Below are positions 35,305 to 44,587 of a stretch of 64,000 nucleotides of DNA, piece after piece. The position numbers were made by a program, and so were the translations under genes. Source of the DNA: a virus. The first letter of the stretch is position 1. Every line of letters starts with the position of its first letter. The notes beneath the pieces are model-generated. The model was not told the DNA's origin, searched no databases, and saw nothing but the letters and a program-made list of their open reading frames with translations. The stretch lies in IMG/VR virus record IMGVR_UViG_3300027702_000001; one strand, given 5' to 3'.

Positions 35305-35458
35305 AACCGTATTGTTCTCGAAGGATTTTTTTGTAAGGTTTCCCTAGTGCCTTTAGTTCAGTAACAAGTTTGAGTTTGTTATGAAGGGCAGTGTCGCCAC
35401 CCAGTTTAAGGGCAGCGACAATAGTGAGGAGTTCCTCGTCGTTAATAGGGAGATCCAT
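35294..35458 (-). CDS. 54-aa hypothetical protein (MDLPINDEELLTIVAALKLGGDTALHNKL...)
   Basis: Manual translation; fills the gap between 35304 and 35485. Confidence 0.6.
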   Translation of the reverse strand: MDLPINDEELLTIVAALKLGGDTALHNKLKLVTELKALGKPYKKILREQYGYVV

Positions 35459-35484
35459 AGGATGCTTTTAGTTTATCAGAGTTA

Positions 35485-36576
35485 TCACCCTAAGTCAACA
35501 TCGTTTCCATTTAGAGGAACAACTTTGTCACCTTCGGGTGCGAAGTCCGCGTCAATCTTATCATACAGTTCGAAGAATGCTTGCTTAGTCTCATCATCAA
35601 ACCTGTTGATGCTGTACTTGATTGCATCTTCTTTGGAACCGAAGATGTTGAATGCCTTGGCAATGTGAACCAACCGACGAGTAGAGATCAACTCATCGAT
35701 ACCGCCTTCAGCAAATGTTCTACGGATGATAGATGCCCAGTCAGCAAGACGCTTACAGAAGTCATCATCAGAGCAGATTGCTTTGAGGATTTTGGTTTCA
35801 GTTACCACTGTTGGGTAATCTTGTTCAAGGGTAATAGCGAAACGCTCTAGGAATGCTTCATTGAGAACATTTGTTCCAACAAAGCGACCGTCATCGCTGC
35901 CTTTACCTTTAGTATTTGCAGTTGCAATAACATTGAATCCTGGGGATGGTTGTACATAACGTCCAATCTTCTTAAGGAATACTCCTTTACCTTCCAGTAC
36001 AGATTGAAGACATAGAATCTTGTTCGATGCAAGGTCAACCTCATCTAGAAGAAGGACAGTTCCTTTCTCCAGAGCATCGACGACTGGTCCGTTGTGCCAA
36101 ACAGTATTACCATCAACAAGACGAAACCCACCAATAAGATCATCTTCGTCTGTTTCAATAGTGATATTTACGCGAATCAACTCTCTATTTAGAGATGCAC
36201 ACGCTTGCTCTACACCTAGAGTCTTACCGTTTCCTGACAAACCTTGGATGTAAGTAGGATAGAATGCTTTACTCTTGATAACTTTCTTGATTGTGGAGTA
36301 GTTACCGAAAGGAATGAAGTTAGGATCTACTGCAGGAACAAGAGATACTGATGGTGCAACTGCTGCTTCGAGTTGCTTACGTGCTTCAGTAACTGTGAGT
36401 TGCCACTTGTTGTAACCTGCTTTGTACTGCTTCATACGTTTCTTGACAGTAGCAAGAGAACATCCGAAGTGGTCAGATGCTGCGAGAAGATTAGGAACAG
36501 AAACTTCTGGTCCGAAGTTCTCTACAAGATAGTTGAAGAAATCTTCTGTTGTGTGTGGAATAGGATCGAAAGGCAT
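35485..36576 (-). CDS. cobS: MoxR/CobS-like AAA+ ATPase
   Basis: GLSGNGKT, LLLDEVD, ATANTKG, AFLERF; the name is the conventional cyanophage label and cobalamin function is not implied. Confidence 0.88.
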   Translation of the reverse strand: MPFDPIPHTTEDFFNYLVENFGPEVSVPNLLAASDHFGCSLATVKKRMKQYKAGYNKWQLTVTEARKQLEAAVAPSVSLVPAVDPNFIPFGNYSTIKKVIKSKAFYPTYIQGLSGNGKTLGVEQACASLNRELIRVNITIETDEDDLIGGFRLVDGNTVWHNGPVVDALEKGTVLLLDEVDLASNKILCLQSVLEGKGVFLKKIGRYVQPSPGFNVIATANTKGKGSDDGRFVGTNVLNEAFLERFAITLEQDYPTVVTETKILKAICSDDDFCKRLADWASIIRRTFAEGGIDELISTRRLVHIAKAFNIFGSKEDAIKYSINRFDDETKQAFFELYDKIDADFAPEGDKVVPLNGNDVDLG

Positions 36577-36611
36577 TTGTTTAGTGTGTTTGATTTGTTT
36601 GCTATGAATTA

Positions 36612-36654
36612 AGTATAGGGCATCTGTGGCACAGATGCTATGGACAGTGTGCCA
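36612..36654 (-). promoter_or_regulatory. putative early promoter: TGGCACAC box + hairpin + TATACT
   Basis: Same architecture as at 38845-38886. Confidence 0.5.
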
Positions 36655-36655
36655 C

Positions 36656-38821
36656 TTATGCGATTGTCTTACTTAGGGATGAGAGCATCTTCTTATTACT
36701 CCCCTTGCCTTTGTAAAGTTTCTTGAAGGCAGCACGGATCTCTTTGATTTCAGCACCGTCCTCAACATCGATGGACTCACTATCTTCTAGTGTGTTTGTA
36801 GGCATAACGTAAAGTACATCATACTCAGACTCTGTGATCTCTACAAACTTGTCCTTACGGAACTTAGCGTGAGCAATGTCAACTCTCTTCAGAGCATTCA
36901 TATAAGCAAGTTGACGAAGGTAACCTGCTGCATCACGTGCGTTAACAAGACGGAACCCGATAGTTGTTACCTCAGGGAATCTCTCCTTAAGATTCTGAAG
37001 GAAGATGTTTACTTGGTATGAAGGATTATCTTCTTTCTGATAGATCTTACCAAGTTTACGGTCACGAAGTTGGCACCTACGTCCGTATGTATTCTCGAAC
37101 AACCTACCTGAGAAGAGACCGTTACGCTCACAGAAGTAAGATGCAGGACCAGACTCACCGTCAGTCAAGACTGAGAGAGATACTTTCTGAGCACCAGTCT
37201 CTTTCTTGAACTGAGGGATGACAGAATGCATTGCTGAGATTGCCTCAATAAGAGGTGTACCACTGAGACCTAGACCTGGAGCGTGGTTGAAACCGTAGTG
37301 ACGACCATACCAGTGTCCTCTGTCGCTGCAGTTAGATGCAACGTTCCTCCAGAATGTCAAGCAAGAACGATCGAAGTCTTTCTTTTTCTTTGCTTCAGAA
37401 GAAAGCATTTCTACAAGACAGAATCCGTTAGAGAATGAGATGTCACCGTAGTTTGGAACAAAACGTTCATCCTGAGGAGACTCCTGATTGTAGAATGCAT
37501 TCCAAGCGTAGGTAAATCCATAGCAACGGAATGGGATGTTGATCTTTCTGCAGAAGTGTGCAAGTTGTAGGACTTGCTTGGCAGTATCAAACAGGCAGTT
37601 TGACATAGAACCTGACCAGTCAAGAAGGAAGATCATACCGTGGTTCTTACCATCAGGTACAACTGTTACTCTCTTGAAGATGTCATCGTTGTACTTGTAC
37701 TGGTGCAATACAGTTGTGTTTAGAACACCAGTCTTAGATGTAAGTGAACGTGCATAGGAGTCTGCTGCTTTTCTGCACTCAAACTCTTTGATAAGATAGT
37801 TGATTTCTTTTTGAGACTTTTTGATGAACTCATTGTACTCAACTACAGACTTGTCAAGTTCTTCTTTCTCGTGATCAGTATCACAACCTGCCCAGTAAGA
37901 CTCAGAGTGATTTACAAGTTTCTCCCAACCGACAACTAGTTTTGTAGTGTCAACAGTAGGGATCTGAATGTACTCAGAGTCATATGTATTCTCAACAAGA
38001 TCCTTGACTGCATCTTGGAATTGTTGATCAGTGATTGACTCTAGAGGATCTGGAGCATCTGAACCTTCTTGTCCGTTTGCTTGCTGATCATCAGTTGGTT
38101 CTGGTTGACCTTGCTCAAAGGATGGATTGTCAATGTCTGCCTCAGGGTTTACGTCCTCTTGGAACTTTTCCTGATCAACAGGAGCATCGCTCTTCTCATC
38201 AGATGGAATCATCTCACCTTGTCCACCACCTGTAGGAGCACCCTTAGAAACTGGAACTTCCTGTGTCTGCTGCTCTTCAAGAGTCTCTTTCATATACTTG
38301 AAGATCTTAAGAGCAACGTCACACGCTTCTTGGAAAGTCTCTGCGTTACCAGTCTCATCTACAAATACTTGCTCTTCAGAAGAGAAAGGAATGTTTCTGA
38401 AGTTACCGATCTTGAAGTGAAGGTTGATACGATCGATAAGGTTTAGTTTGTAAGCGTCAGATGCTTGGAAGAAATCTTGAGCATCTAGATCTCTGTATCC
38501 TCTGTAGAAAGTTTTTGGTAGACCTTGATAGCGTCTCTTCATCATCTTCTCGATACGTGCATCTTCTGTTACGTTGACGTATGACTGAGGACATTTGAAC
38601 TGATCTGCATTCCAGTCAGCAGGAGTATAAAGTGCGTGTCCTACTTCGTGTGCTACAAGTAGATCATAGACCTGCTCAGTTGCTTTCTCCCACTGAGGAA
38701 GAGTTAGAACTCTACGCTTGACATCGAATGATGCTGTCTCGCATTGCTTGTGCTCGATGATAAGGTCTTCAGTTGCGAGCAACTTAGCAAGTGTACCTTT
38801 GACTCCTGTGTTTACTGTCAT
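36656..38821 (-). CDS. HExxH-motif + VWA domain protein (AAA partner)
   Basis: AHEVGHAL, EDARIE, LDWSGSM MIDAS, LSGTPL, LTDGES. Confidence 0.82.
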   Translation of the reverse strand: MTVNTGVKGTLAKLLATEDLIIEHKQCETASFDVKRRVLTLPQWEKATEQVYDLLVAHEVGHALYTPADWNADQFKCPQSYVNVTEDARIEKMMKRRYQGLPKTFYRGYRDLDAQDFFQASDAYKLNLIDRINLHFKIGNFRNIPFSSEEQVFVDETGNAETFQEACDVALKIFKYMKETLEEQQTQEVPVSKGAPTGGGQGEMIPSDEKSDAPVDQEKFQEDVNPEADIDNPSFEQGQPEPTDDQQANGQEGSDAPDPLESITDQQFQDAVKDLVENTYDSEYIQIPTVDTTKLVVGWEKLVNHSESYWAGCDTDHEKEELDKSVVEYNEFIKKSQKEINYLIKEFECRKAADSYARSLTSKTGVLNTTVLHQYKYNDDIFKRVTVVPDGKNHGMIFLLDWSGSMSNCLFDTAKQVLQLAHFCRKINIPFRCYGFTYAWNAFYNQESPQDERFVPNYGDISFSNGFCLVEMLSSEAKKKKDFDRSCLTFWRNVASNCSDRGHWYGRHYGFNHAPGLGLSGTPLIEAISAMHSVIPQFKKETGAQKVSLSVLTDGESGPASYFCERNGLFSGRLFENTYGRRCQLRDRKLGKIYQKEDNPSYQVNIFLQNLKERFPEVTTIGFRLVNARDAAGYLRQLAYMNALKRVDIAHAKFRKDKFVEITESEYDVLYVMPTNTLEDSESIDVEDGAEIKEIRAAFKKLYKGKGSNKKMLSSLSKTIA

Positions 38822-38844
38822 TTGTTTTCGTGTCTTATGTACAT

Positions 38845-38886
38845 ATTATAAAACCCCTCCAAGCGAATGGAAGGGTTAGTGTGCCA
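38845..38886 (-). promoter_or_regulatory. putative early promoter: TGGCACAC box + hairpin + TATAAT
   Basis: Perfect -10 followed by an A/C-rich leader; hairpin directly upstream. Confidence 0.55.
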
Positions 38887-38899
38887 GTTTGTCAACTGT

Positions 38900-39451
38900 C
38901 TACTTTGCGTTAAATGCTAAAGATACTCGTGGAAGATCTGATCGGTTCTCTGATGTTTTATGTTCCATCCAAGATGGGAATAATACTAATGTATTAGGTG
39001 TACAAGGAAAGAATCTACCTTCTTCTGTACCCCACATTGCCATCTTAGAGTATGGATTTGGATTCATAAAAACGATACCACCCATTTGTGGTAGGGTCTC
39101 GTGATAATATACACCAGACACAACAGAGTTAGCGTGAGTATGAACTGCCTGACTGCTACCCTTCGGTAATTTATTTATCCAACTTTGAAAAATTTGTGCC
39201 TCAGGATAAACTCTTTCTAATGCAGTCGTAATAAATCTATCAAACTCTGGCATCTTATATCGTTTGAATAATTGCAGACCGTACATACCATTGTGCGATC
39301 CTTCAACGATAGAACGTTTTGCACCTGGAGATAAGTGCGATAGGATCTCAGGATCATTTGGTAGTGAATTTATTTCCTCTTTAATCAAATTGTTAGTATG
39401 ACTAAACACATAGATCGTGCTAGGAAATAATTCAACCCGATGAAGTTTCAA
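38900..39451 (-). CDS. putative 2OG-Fe(II) oxygenase (TIGR02466-like)
   Basis: HTHANSVVSGVYY, LFPSWMEH, RVSLAFN; probable TTG start at 39451 (track start 39535). Confidence 0.8.
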   Translation of the reverse strand: MKLHRVELFPSTIYVFSHTNNLIKEEINSLPNDPEILSHLSPGAKRSIVEGSHNGMYGLQLFKRYKMPEFDRFITTALERVYPEAQIFQSWINKLPKGSSQAVHTHANSVVSGVYYHETLPQMGGIVFMNPNPYSKMAMWGTEEGRFFPCTPNTLVLFPSWMEHKTSENRSDLPRVSLAFNAK

Positions 39452-39456
39452 TGGGT

Positions 39457-40035
39457 CTAAGAAGTCCTGGGTAAATTGGGAAATCTTACTTCTCGGGTCT
39501 TCTGAGGTATTTTCAGAGTGAAACTGATGGACCATCGTTCTTGGTTTTCATAATTTTGTCTTACTTCGTGGTCATTATAACCTGGCCAGAAGTATAAGTC
39601 ACGCTCTCTTGGGATTTGACAGTGTGTGTATGCCCAATAAGGTTGTATTCTATTTAACGTTTCGACAGAGTGTGCGGGATGATAGAAATATATGTCCCCA
39701 GTGTCACCTGGTGGGACCTTGACATAGTAAGTCCCTGCCATATCGCAATCTGCGTGGTTGTGACGCATTTGGAACCCACCTTTCGGATTGACGTTGACCC
39801 ACATCTTGTCAATCTGGAGTTCTTCATCAAAAGGTTCGATATTCGAGAGTACCCAATCTGCAAACTTTGGATACACCAAATGATATTCAAAGTTAGAATG
39901 AACAGTTGAGTACCCAGTGCCATAAAAAATATTGGTATCTGTACAGATGTCGTCACGATGATCTAGAAGATCAAACTTCAATTCATCGTGCTTACTGTAC
40001 CCATTGTTACTAGTAAAAAAGGGATGACTAAACAT
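39457..40035 (-). CDS. putative 2OG-Fe(II) oxygenase (TIGR02466-like)
   Basis: WVNVN..GG...HNHADCDMAGTYY, FWPGYNDH, RWSISF. Confidence 0.8.
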   Translation of the reverse strand: MFSHPFFTSNNGYSKHDELKFDLLDHRDDICTDTNIFYGTGYSTVHSNFEYHLVYPKFADWVLSNIEPFDEELQIDKMWVNVNPKGGFQMRHNHADCDMAGTYYVKVPPGDTGDIYFYHPAHSVETLNRIQPYWAYTHCQIPRERDLYFWPGYNDHEVRQNYENQERWSISFTLKIPQKTREVRFPNLPRTS

Positions 40036-41753
40036 TATTCATAAAGGAATGATTTACTAAATCCGTTTACTTTTTCAAAACGAATTTGCTTTTCAAACTT
40101 ATCTGCAAGTACCTCACCTTTATGTGAGATTACAAAGAAGTTCGTGTCGCTACCTAGACTCTTAAGAATCTTTAAGAGTTCATCTGTTGCTTGGTTATCG
40201 AGCGATGAATCAAACACTTCGTCAAGAATGAGAAGGTTTGTCGCTACAGAGTTTTTGAGTTTCGCAACGTGTCTCCAAGTAAATAATAATGACAGATCAA
40301 TCTTCTGCTTTTCGCCTTCAGAAAATGAGGCATAGGAGAACTTGTCGCGATGACGAGATTTTATCACCTCGCTAAACTCTTCGTCAAGAGTAAAATTAAC
40401 GAAGGTATCCATCTCACCCAGATACTTATTAATTCTCTGGTTAATGATAGGGATATACTTAGCAATAATTTTAGACTTGATGCCACCATCCTTAAGGAGG
40501 TTGCCAACTAGTTTGTAATCCAAGGTTTCTTTAGAAACTTTAGAACAAGACTCTTCCTTCTCATCGTAAGTTTGTTGGAAGGCAACTAGTTGTTCTCTCT
40601 CCTTCTTGATGTCGGGTAATGTATTTAGACGTTGAACGTGAGATAAGATCTCACTATTCTCTTTCATTAAATTCTTTTCTTCATTATACAAACGGCGGAT
40701 CTCAAATTGATCTTCTGTAAGTTGATTTGTTTCTTTCTGAATACTAGTACAAAGTGACATAGTATCTGCAATCTGTGTGTCAAGTTCAGACACTGCAACA
40801 CGCATCTCTTCGTACTTCTTCGAATAGATAGAAACCTTCATATTTCTAAACGATTCTTCAATATCCTGAGAGCAGGTAGGACAGGTCGAGTTCTTCTCAA
40901 AGAATTCTTTATCCTTGATTGACTTCTTACCTTTGTCTTGTAGTTTAGATTTGATTTTATTTTGCTTCATCAGAATACCTTCGTGCCTCATCAACTCTTC
41001 TTGCATAGACTTGAGTCCGATGACACGAGTTTCAATGAGGGAGATCTCTTCTTTGATCACCAACATTCTATCTTCATTGTCTTTAAATTTATCCTGCTGC
41101 CTATTAATACGCTCATCATTTACTGCTGATAACTTATCAACAGTTCTCTTCTGAGAATTAATTGCTTGTTCTGCAAGTTGTAACTGATGCTCACACTCTT
41201 TGAGTTGTTCTCTGTTATCTTTCATACGCTCCTTGAGGAGCATATTCATTTGCGAAAAGATCTGAATGTCCAGTAGATCTTCGATAACCTCTCTTCGATG
41301 AGGAGCAGATAACTGCATAAAAGGAACAAAAGTCGAACTTCCAAGTATAACAACTTGAGTGAAAGACTTGAAGTTAAGTTTAAGTATCGATTGTTCCAAG
41401 TATTTCTGGTAGTCTCGATTCGCAGCGTCTTGATCAACGAGTTCGCTATTCCTCCAAATTTCAAATACATTGGGTTTCATCCCTCGTACTACTTTGTACG
41501 AAACAGAACCAATACTAAAATCAATTTCAACGAGGGTGTCTCTTTCGTTAATAGTATTTACCAACTGAGACTTGGACACCTTTCGGAAAGGTCTATTGAA
41601 TAATCCAAAGCACAAAGCATCCAACATTGTGGACTTGCCTGCACCATTGTTACCTACAACAAGAGTTGAGGAAGTATCAATTAGATCCAGTTCGGTGAAG
41701 TTGTTGCCAGTTGATAAAAAATTTCGCCATCTAAGTTTCTCAAAAATAATCAT
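40035..41753 (-). CDS. gp46: recombination endonuclease ATPase subunit (gp46, Rad50/SbcC-like)
   Basis: GNNGAGKST, CPTC hook, FSEGEK, LDEVFD, ISH. Confidence 0.96.
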   Translation of the reverse strand: MIIFEKLRWRNFLSTGNNFTELDLIDTSSTLVVGNNGAGKSTMLDALCFGLFNRPFRKVSKSQLVNTINERDTLVEIDFSIGSVSYKVVRGMKPNVFEIWRNSELVDQDAANRDYQKYLEQSILKLNFKSFTQVVILGSSTFVPFMQLSAPHRREVIEDLLDIQIFSQMNMLLKERMKDNREQLKECEHQLQLAEQAINSQKRTVDKLSAVNDERINRQQDKFKDNEDRMLVIKEEISLIETRVIGLKSMQEELMRHEGILMKQNKIKSKLQDKGKKSIKDKEFFEKNSTCPTCSQDIEESFRNMKVSIYSKKYEEMRVAVSELDTQIADTMSLCTSIQKETNQLTEDQFEIRRLYNEEKNLMKENSEILSHVQRLNTLPDIKKEREQLVAFQQTYDEKEESCSKVSKETLDYKLVGNLLKDGGIKSKIIAKYIPIINQRINKYLGEMDTFVNFTLDEEFSEVIKSRHRDKFSYASFSEGEKQKIDLSLLFTWRHVAKLKNSVATNLLILDEVFDSSLDNQATDELLKILKSLGSDTNFFVISHKGEVLADKFEKQIRFEKVNGFSKSFLYE

Positions 41754-42034
41754 TGAAAATCTGGAGGTACCACCACTTGATCAGGTTTTACTACAACATA
41801 GTCGTAGCGATGCGCTAGGCAATTATGTACTACGAGATCGAAATCAACCTCAAGGACATCTAGTTTACGTTTGTAATCGTTTGCCTCTAGCATTAAATTA
41901 TAGCGCACAGCATCATCCTTGTCAATGAAAATCTGCACTGCCTTGGTAAGTGGTTCCTTAGCATCTGGATTGTCAGGATCTGCTTTGTTTACAGCATACA
42001 CCCCTCCGTTAGAATTATCAACAAGGATATACAT
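41750..42034 (-). CDS. hypothetical protein (DUF3110-like)
   Basis: F.DKDDAVRY..MLEA.D...C....Y.VV.P...VVPP pattern as recalled. Confidence 0.6.
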   Translation of the reverse strand: MYILVDNSNGGVYAVNKADPDNPDAKEPLTKAVQIFIDKDDAVRYNLMLEANDYKRKLDVLEVDFDLVVHNCLAHRYDYVVVKPDQVVVPPDFQ

Positions 42035-43080
42035 TATAGGTTTAGACTCTCCACGTATAAGGACTTCAGAATGTTAACGACATTTTTCTTGTCAACAGAT
42101 TCCTCCAAGTCCATAACGTAAGTCTCAAGGATACTCATTGTATCTTCCATCTTCACGTCTTCTTTAATCTCGGGTGCATCTAGTGTAAGATCCTCAATGA
42201 TTTTTAGATCTGCTACATCTGCCTGTTGAATTGCTTTAATCATACGATCAAACCATTTCTGATTAGATCTGTTCTGAACGATTAGTTTGACGAATGCTCC
42301 TTTAAGTTCAGTGAGGTCAGGAATATCATCGTAATCGTTTCTAGAATCATCATAATATAATTTGCAGAATATGTCGTATGGATTTTTTACAAATGTTAAA
42401 TTTAGTGTATCAGTATTTAGTACGTGGAATCCACGATCCTGACCGTAATCATTCCAGTAAAGATGGTACGGATTACCGAGGTATTGAATATTGTTTTGTC
42501 TAGACTTCATATGATAATGACCAGTACACACTAGTGGGAACTTACCATACCTCTCAGGGTTTTCTCCGTGCTCCATTATGTGACCTGGAACTGCCTCGAA
42601 CCCAGATAGTTCTAGGTGTCCAAGTAGAATGTCAGCAGTGGACTTGTCAATAATATCATCAACATCATCTTTATTGTCAGGACAAATCCAAGGCAAGAAA
42701 AGAATTTTCTTCTCACCAAATTTGAATTCTGTTGGTGACTCAATAACAGTAATATTATCATACTCACCTAGTAGATGATTAGGTGCATTCACACGTAGAG
42801 TATTCTTATAATAGATGTCGTGATTACCGATAAGCATAATCATCGCGACACCCAACTCTTGAAGTGGATCAAACCACATTTCCTTTGCAGCATCTAGAGA
42901 TGCAAAGTTGATTGACTTACGCTTATCAAAGGTATCACCCAAACAGAATACTGTTTTGATTTTATGCTTCTTAATATAAGGGATCACAGTATTCGTATAG
43001 AACTCTCTGTACTTCTCAATGAAGACAGGGTGGTCATTACGAACACCGAAGTGTTGATCAGTTATCAGAAGAACTTTCAT
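42034..43080 (-). CDS. gp47: recombination endonuclease nuclease subunit (gp47, Mre11/SbcD-like)
   Basis: TDQHFG, LGDTFD, GNHD, GHLE, GHYH. Confidence 0.96.
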   Translation of the reverse strand: MKVLLITDQHFGVRNDHPVFIEKYREFYTNTVIPYIKKHKIKTVFCLGDTFDKRKSINFASLDAAKEMWFDPLQELGVAMIMLIGNHDIYYKNTLRVNAPNHLLGEYDNITVIESPTEFKFGEKKILFLPWICPDNKDDVDDIIDKSTADILLGHLELSGFEAVPGHIMEHGENPERYGKFPLVCTGHYHMKSRQNNIQYLGNPYHLYWNDYGQDRGFHVLNTDTLNLTFVKNPYDIFCKLYYDDSRNDYDDIPDLTELKGAFVKLIVQNRSNQKWFDRMIKAIQQADVADLKIIEDLTLDAPEIKEDVKMEDTMSILETYVMDLEESVDKKNVVNILKSLYVESLNL

Positions 43081-43312
43081 CTTTGGTTGGTTTAATAAAT
43101 TCCTTTTTTTCGTAGTCGTAGTAAGGGTGTGGTTCTGAAGGTACCCAAGGTTTTTTAGATTCGTTTCCGATAACGATGAATCGATCAGCAGCGAACGTTC
43201 CTGCTAGACTAATCCTGATGTCTTCACCGTCAGTCCAATTCATTGTACCATCCTTTTTGGTATGGTTCATCAACTCTTGGATCCTGTCGATCATTTCTTG
43301 TGTCAGTTTCAT
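43058..43312 (-). CDS. hypothetical protein
   Basis: ORF track, 84 aa. Confidence 0.65.
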   Translation of the reverse strand: MKLTQEMIDRIQELMNHTKKDGTMNWTDGEDIRISLAGTFAADRFIVIGNESKKPWVPSEPHPYYDYEKKEFIKPTKDESSSDN

Positions 43313-43980
43313 TTAAGTTTTGGGATGTCGAAGAGCATTTCGTTTATGTATTTCTCTGCAAACTCTCTGTCAAACCATTGACTTAGAACTGCGAGAGTCT
43401 TCTTGTTTTGTTTCTGGGATTTACAGTACCAGATCTGGTCATCTAATCTTAACATATTATTGACCCAGTTGTCATCCCTCTTGGATTTCCTAACGTGATC
43501 ACAATAGATCATAAGGATGTTGTTGACCAAGTTAATGAAGTCCTGTTGCTCACTAGCGAGATGTAGTCTTTGAAACTTACACCAAGGAGAGAAGATCTCA
43601 CCCCATAGTGGTAATGGTCTTTTGTGTGTGAAATTATATGAGTTACACAACGGTTCTATACTAGCGTAGATGTTACCGCATTCATTTACAGGTGATACAT
43701 CTACAATCGCAGCAGTTACTGTCTGAGGTGTTGCAATAATATCAGCACCAAAGATAGGTATCGGGTACTCAAAGTCTGGAAAGAATACACAGTGGAGTAC
43801 ATCTAGTTTATCTGTCTTTGCTACTTCGAGGTGTAACTTACGAAGACCTTCGCATTTGTAGATCTCATTTTTTATGATAAGATTACCATTGACTATTTCT
43901 TCTTGATCACATTCAACTCTTTCAGCATCCAACCCTTCAATCGCCAAGCGAATGACAGTTGCAAGTTGTTCGATTAACAT
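43309..43980 (-). CDS. pcyA: phycocyanobilin:ferredoxin oxidoreductase (ferredoxin-dependent bilin reductase)
   Basis: RKLHLEVA, LHCVFFP, PIFGADI, AAIVDVSP, LPLWGEIFS, NKKT..VL..WF. Confidence 0.88.
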   Translation of the reverse strand: MLIEQLATVIRLAIEGLDAERVECDQEEIVNGNLIIKNEIYKCEGLRKLHLEVAKTDKLDVLHCVFFPDFEYPIPIFGADIIATPQTVTAAIVDVSPVNECGNIYASIEPLCNSYNFTHKRPLPLWGEIFSPWCKFQRLHLASEQQDFINLVNNILMIYCDHVRKSKRDDNWVNNMLRLDDQIWYCKSQKQNKKTLAVLSQWFDREFAEKYINEMLFDIPKLK

Positions 43981-44462
43981 TAATAACGATTGTTCATTTC
44001 AATACGGGACTTGATACTATTAAGTTGTGCAGTATCTCCGTCTCCGTCAGAATGGAATACTTGATCGAATCCACTCTTCTCAATAATTTTATCTTTAATA
44101 TCCATCTGTCTTTTCTCTTTAGCAATCCTTCTTAGGAATGCATAGTAAACGATTTGAGTAAAATATGCAAAAGGATTCCTGCTTTTAGCAGGATCAAAGT
44201 TGTCAATATACTGAACACAATTCTCGATACCATCTGAGATCATATCCTCCTTGTACATATAGTTGATAAAGTTTGGTCTATAAGAAAGGTGCGTAGCAAT
44301 CTTTAGAAAGCACTCTCCAATATACTCATCAATTCTAGGTTTGGGTTTGTCACGGACTTTAGCAATTTCCACTAGGTCTCTGTATTTAACGATAGCAGCA
44401 AGAAACTTCTGGTTATCTACATAGTGCTGGTTTTTGGTTCGCCGTGCTGCCATTAACGCCAT
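43980..44462 (-). CDS. gp55: late transcription sigma factor (gp55-like)
   Basis: HYVDNQKF, YIGECFLKIA, NYMYKEDMISDG, NPFAYFTQ. Confidence 0.96.
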   Translation of the reverse strand: MALMAARRTKNQHYVDNQKFLAAIVKYRDLVEIAKVRDKPKPRIDEYIGECFLKIATHLSYRPNFINYMYKEDMISDGIENCVQYIDNFDPAKSRNPFAYFTQIVYYAFLRRIAKEKRQMDIKDKIIEKSGFDQVFHSDGDGDTAQLNSIKSRIEMNNRY

Positions 44463-44485
44463 TGTGTTGGTTAATTCATAATGTA

Positions 44486-44514
44486 ATTGTAGCAGAGAAC
44501 AGGGATGTGGTCAA
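44486..44514 (-). promoter_or_regulatory. sigma70-type promoter TTGACC-17-TACAAT for gp55
   Basis: Near-consensus, about 23 nt upstream of the start. Confidence 0.72.
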
Positions 44515-44529
44515 TGGATATTGATGCCC

Positions 44530-44558
44530 TTGACATCCCTCTCTAAAACAATTATGAT
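44530..44558 (+). promoter_or_regulatory. divergent sigma70-type promoter TTGACA-17-TATGAT, antisense orientation
   Basis: Consensus -35 and 17-nt spacer, with no plus-strand gene downstream. Confidence 0.55.
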
Positions 44559-44587
44559 CAACACTGTCAGGGTTGCAAAGGATATAC

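Noticed and set aside
35485-38821. Cobalamin biosynthesis interpretation of 'cobS' plus partner
   Set aside because: Motifs fit a generic MoxR-type AAA + VWA chaperone pair; no other cob genes in the window
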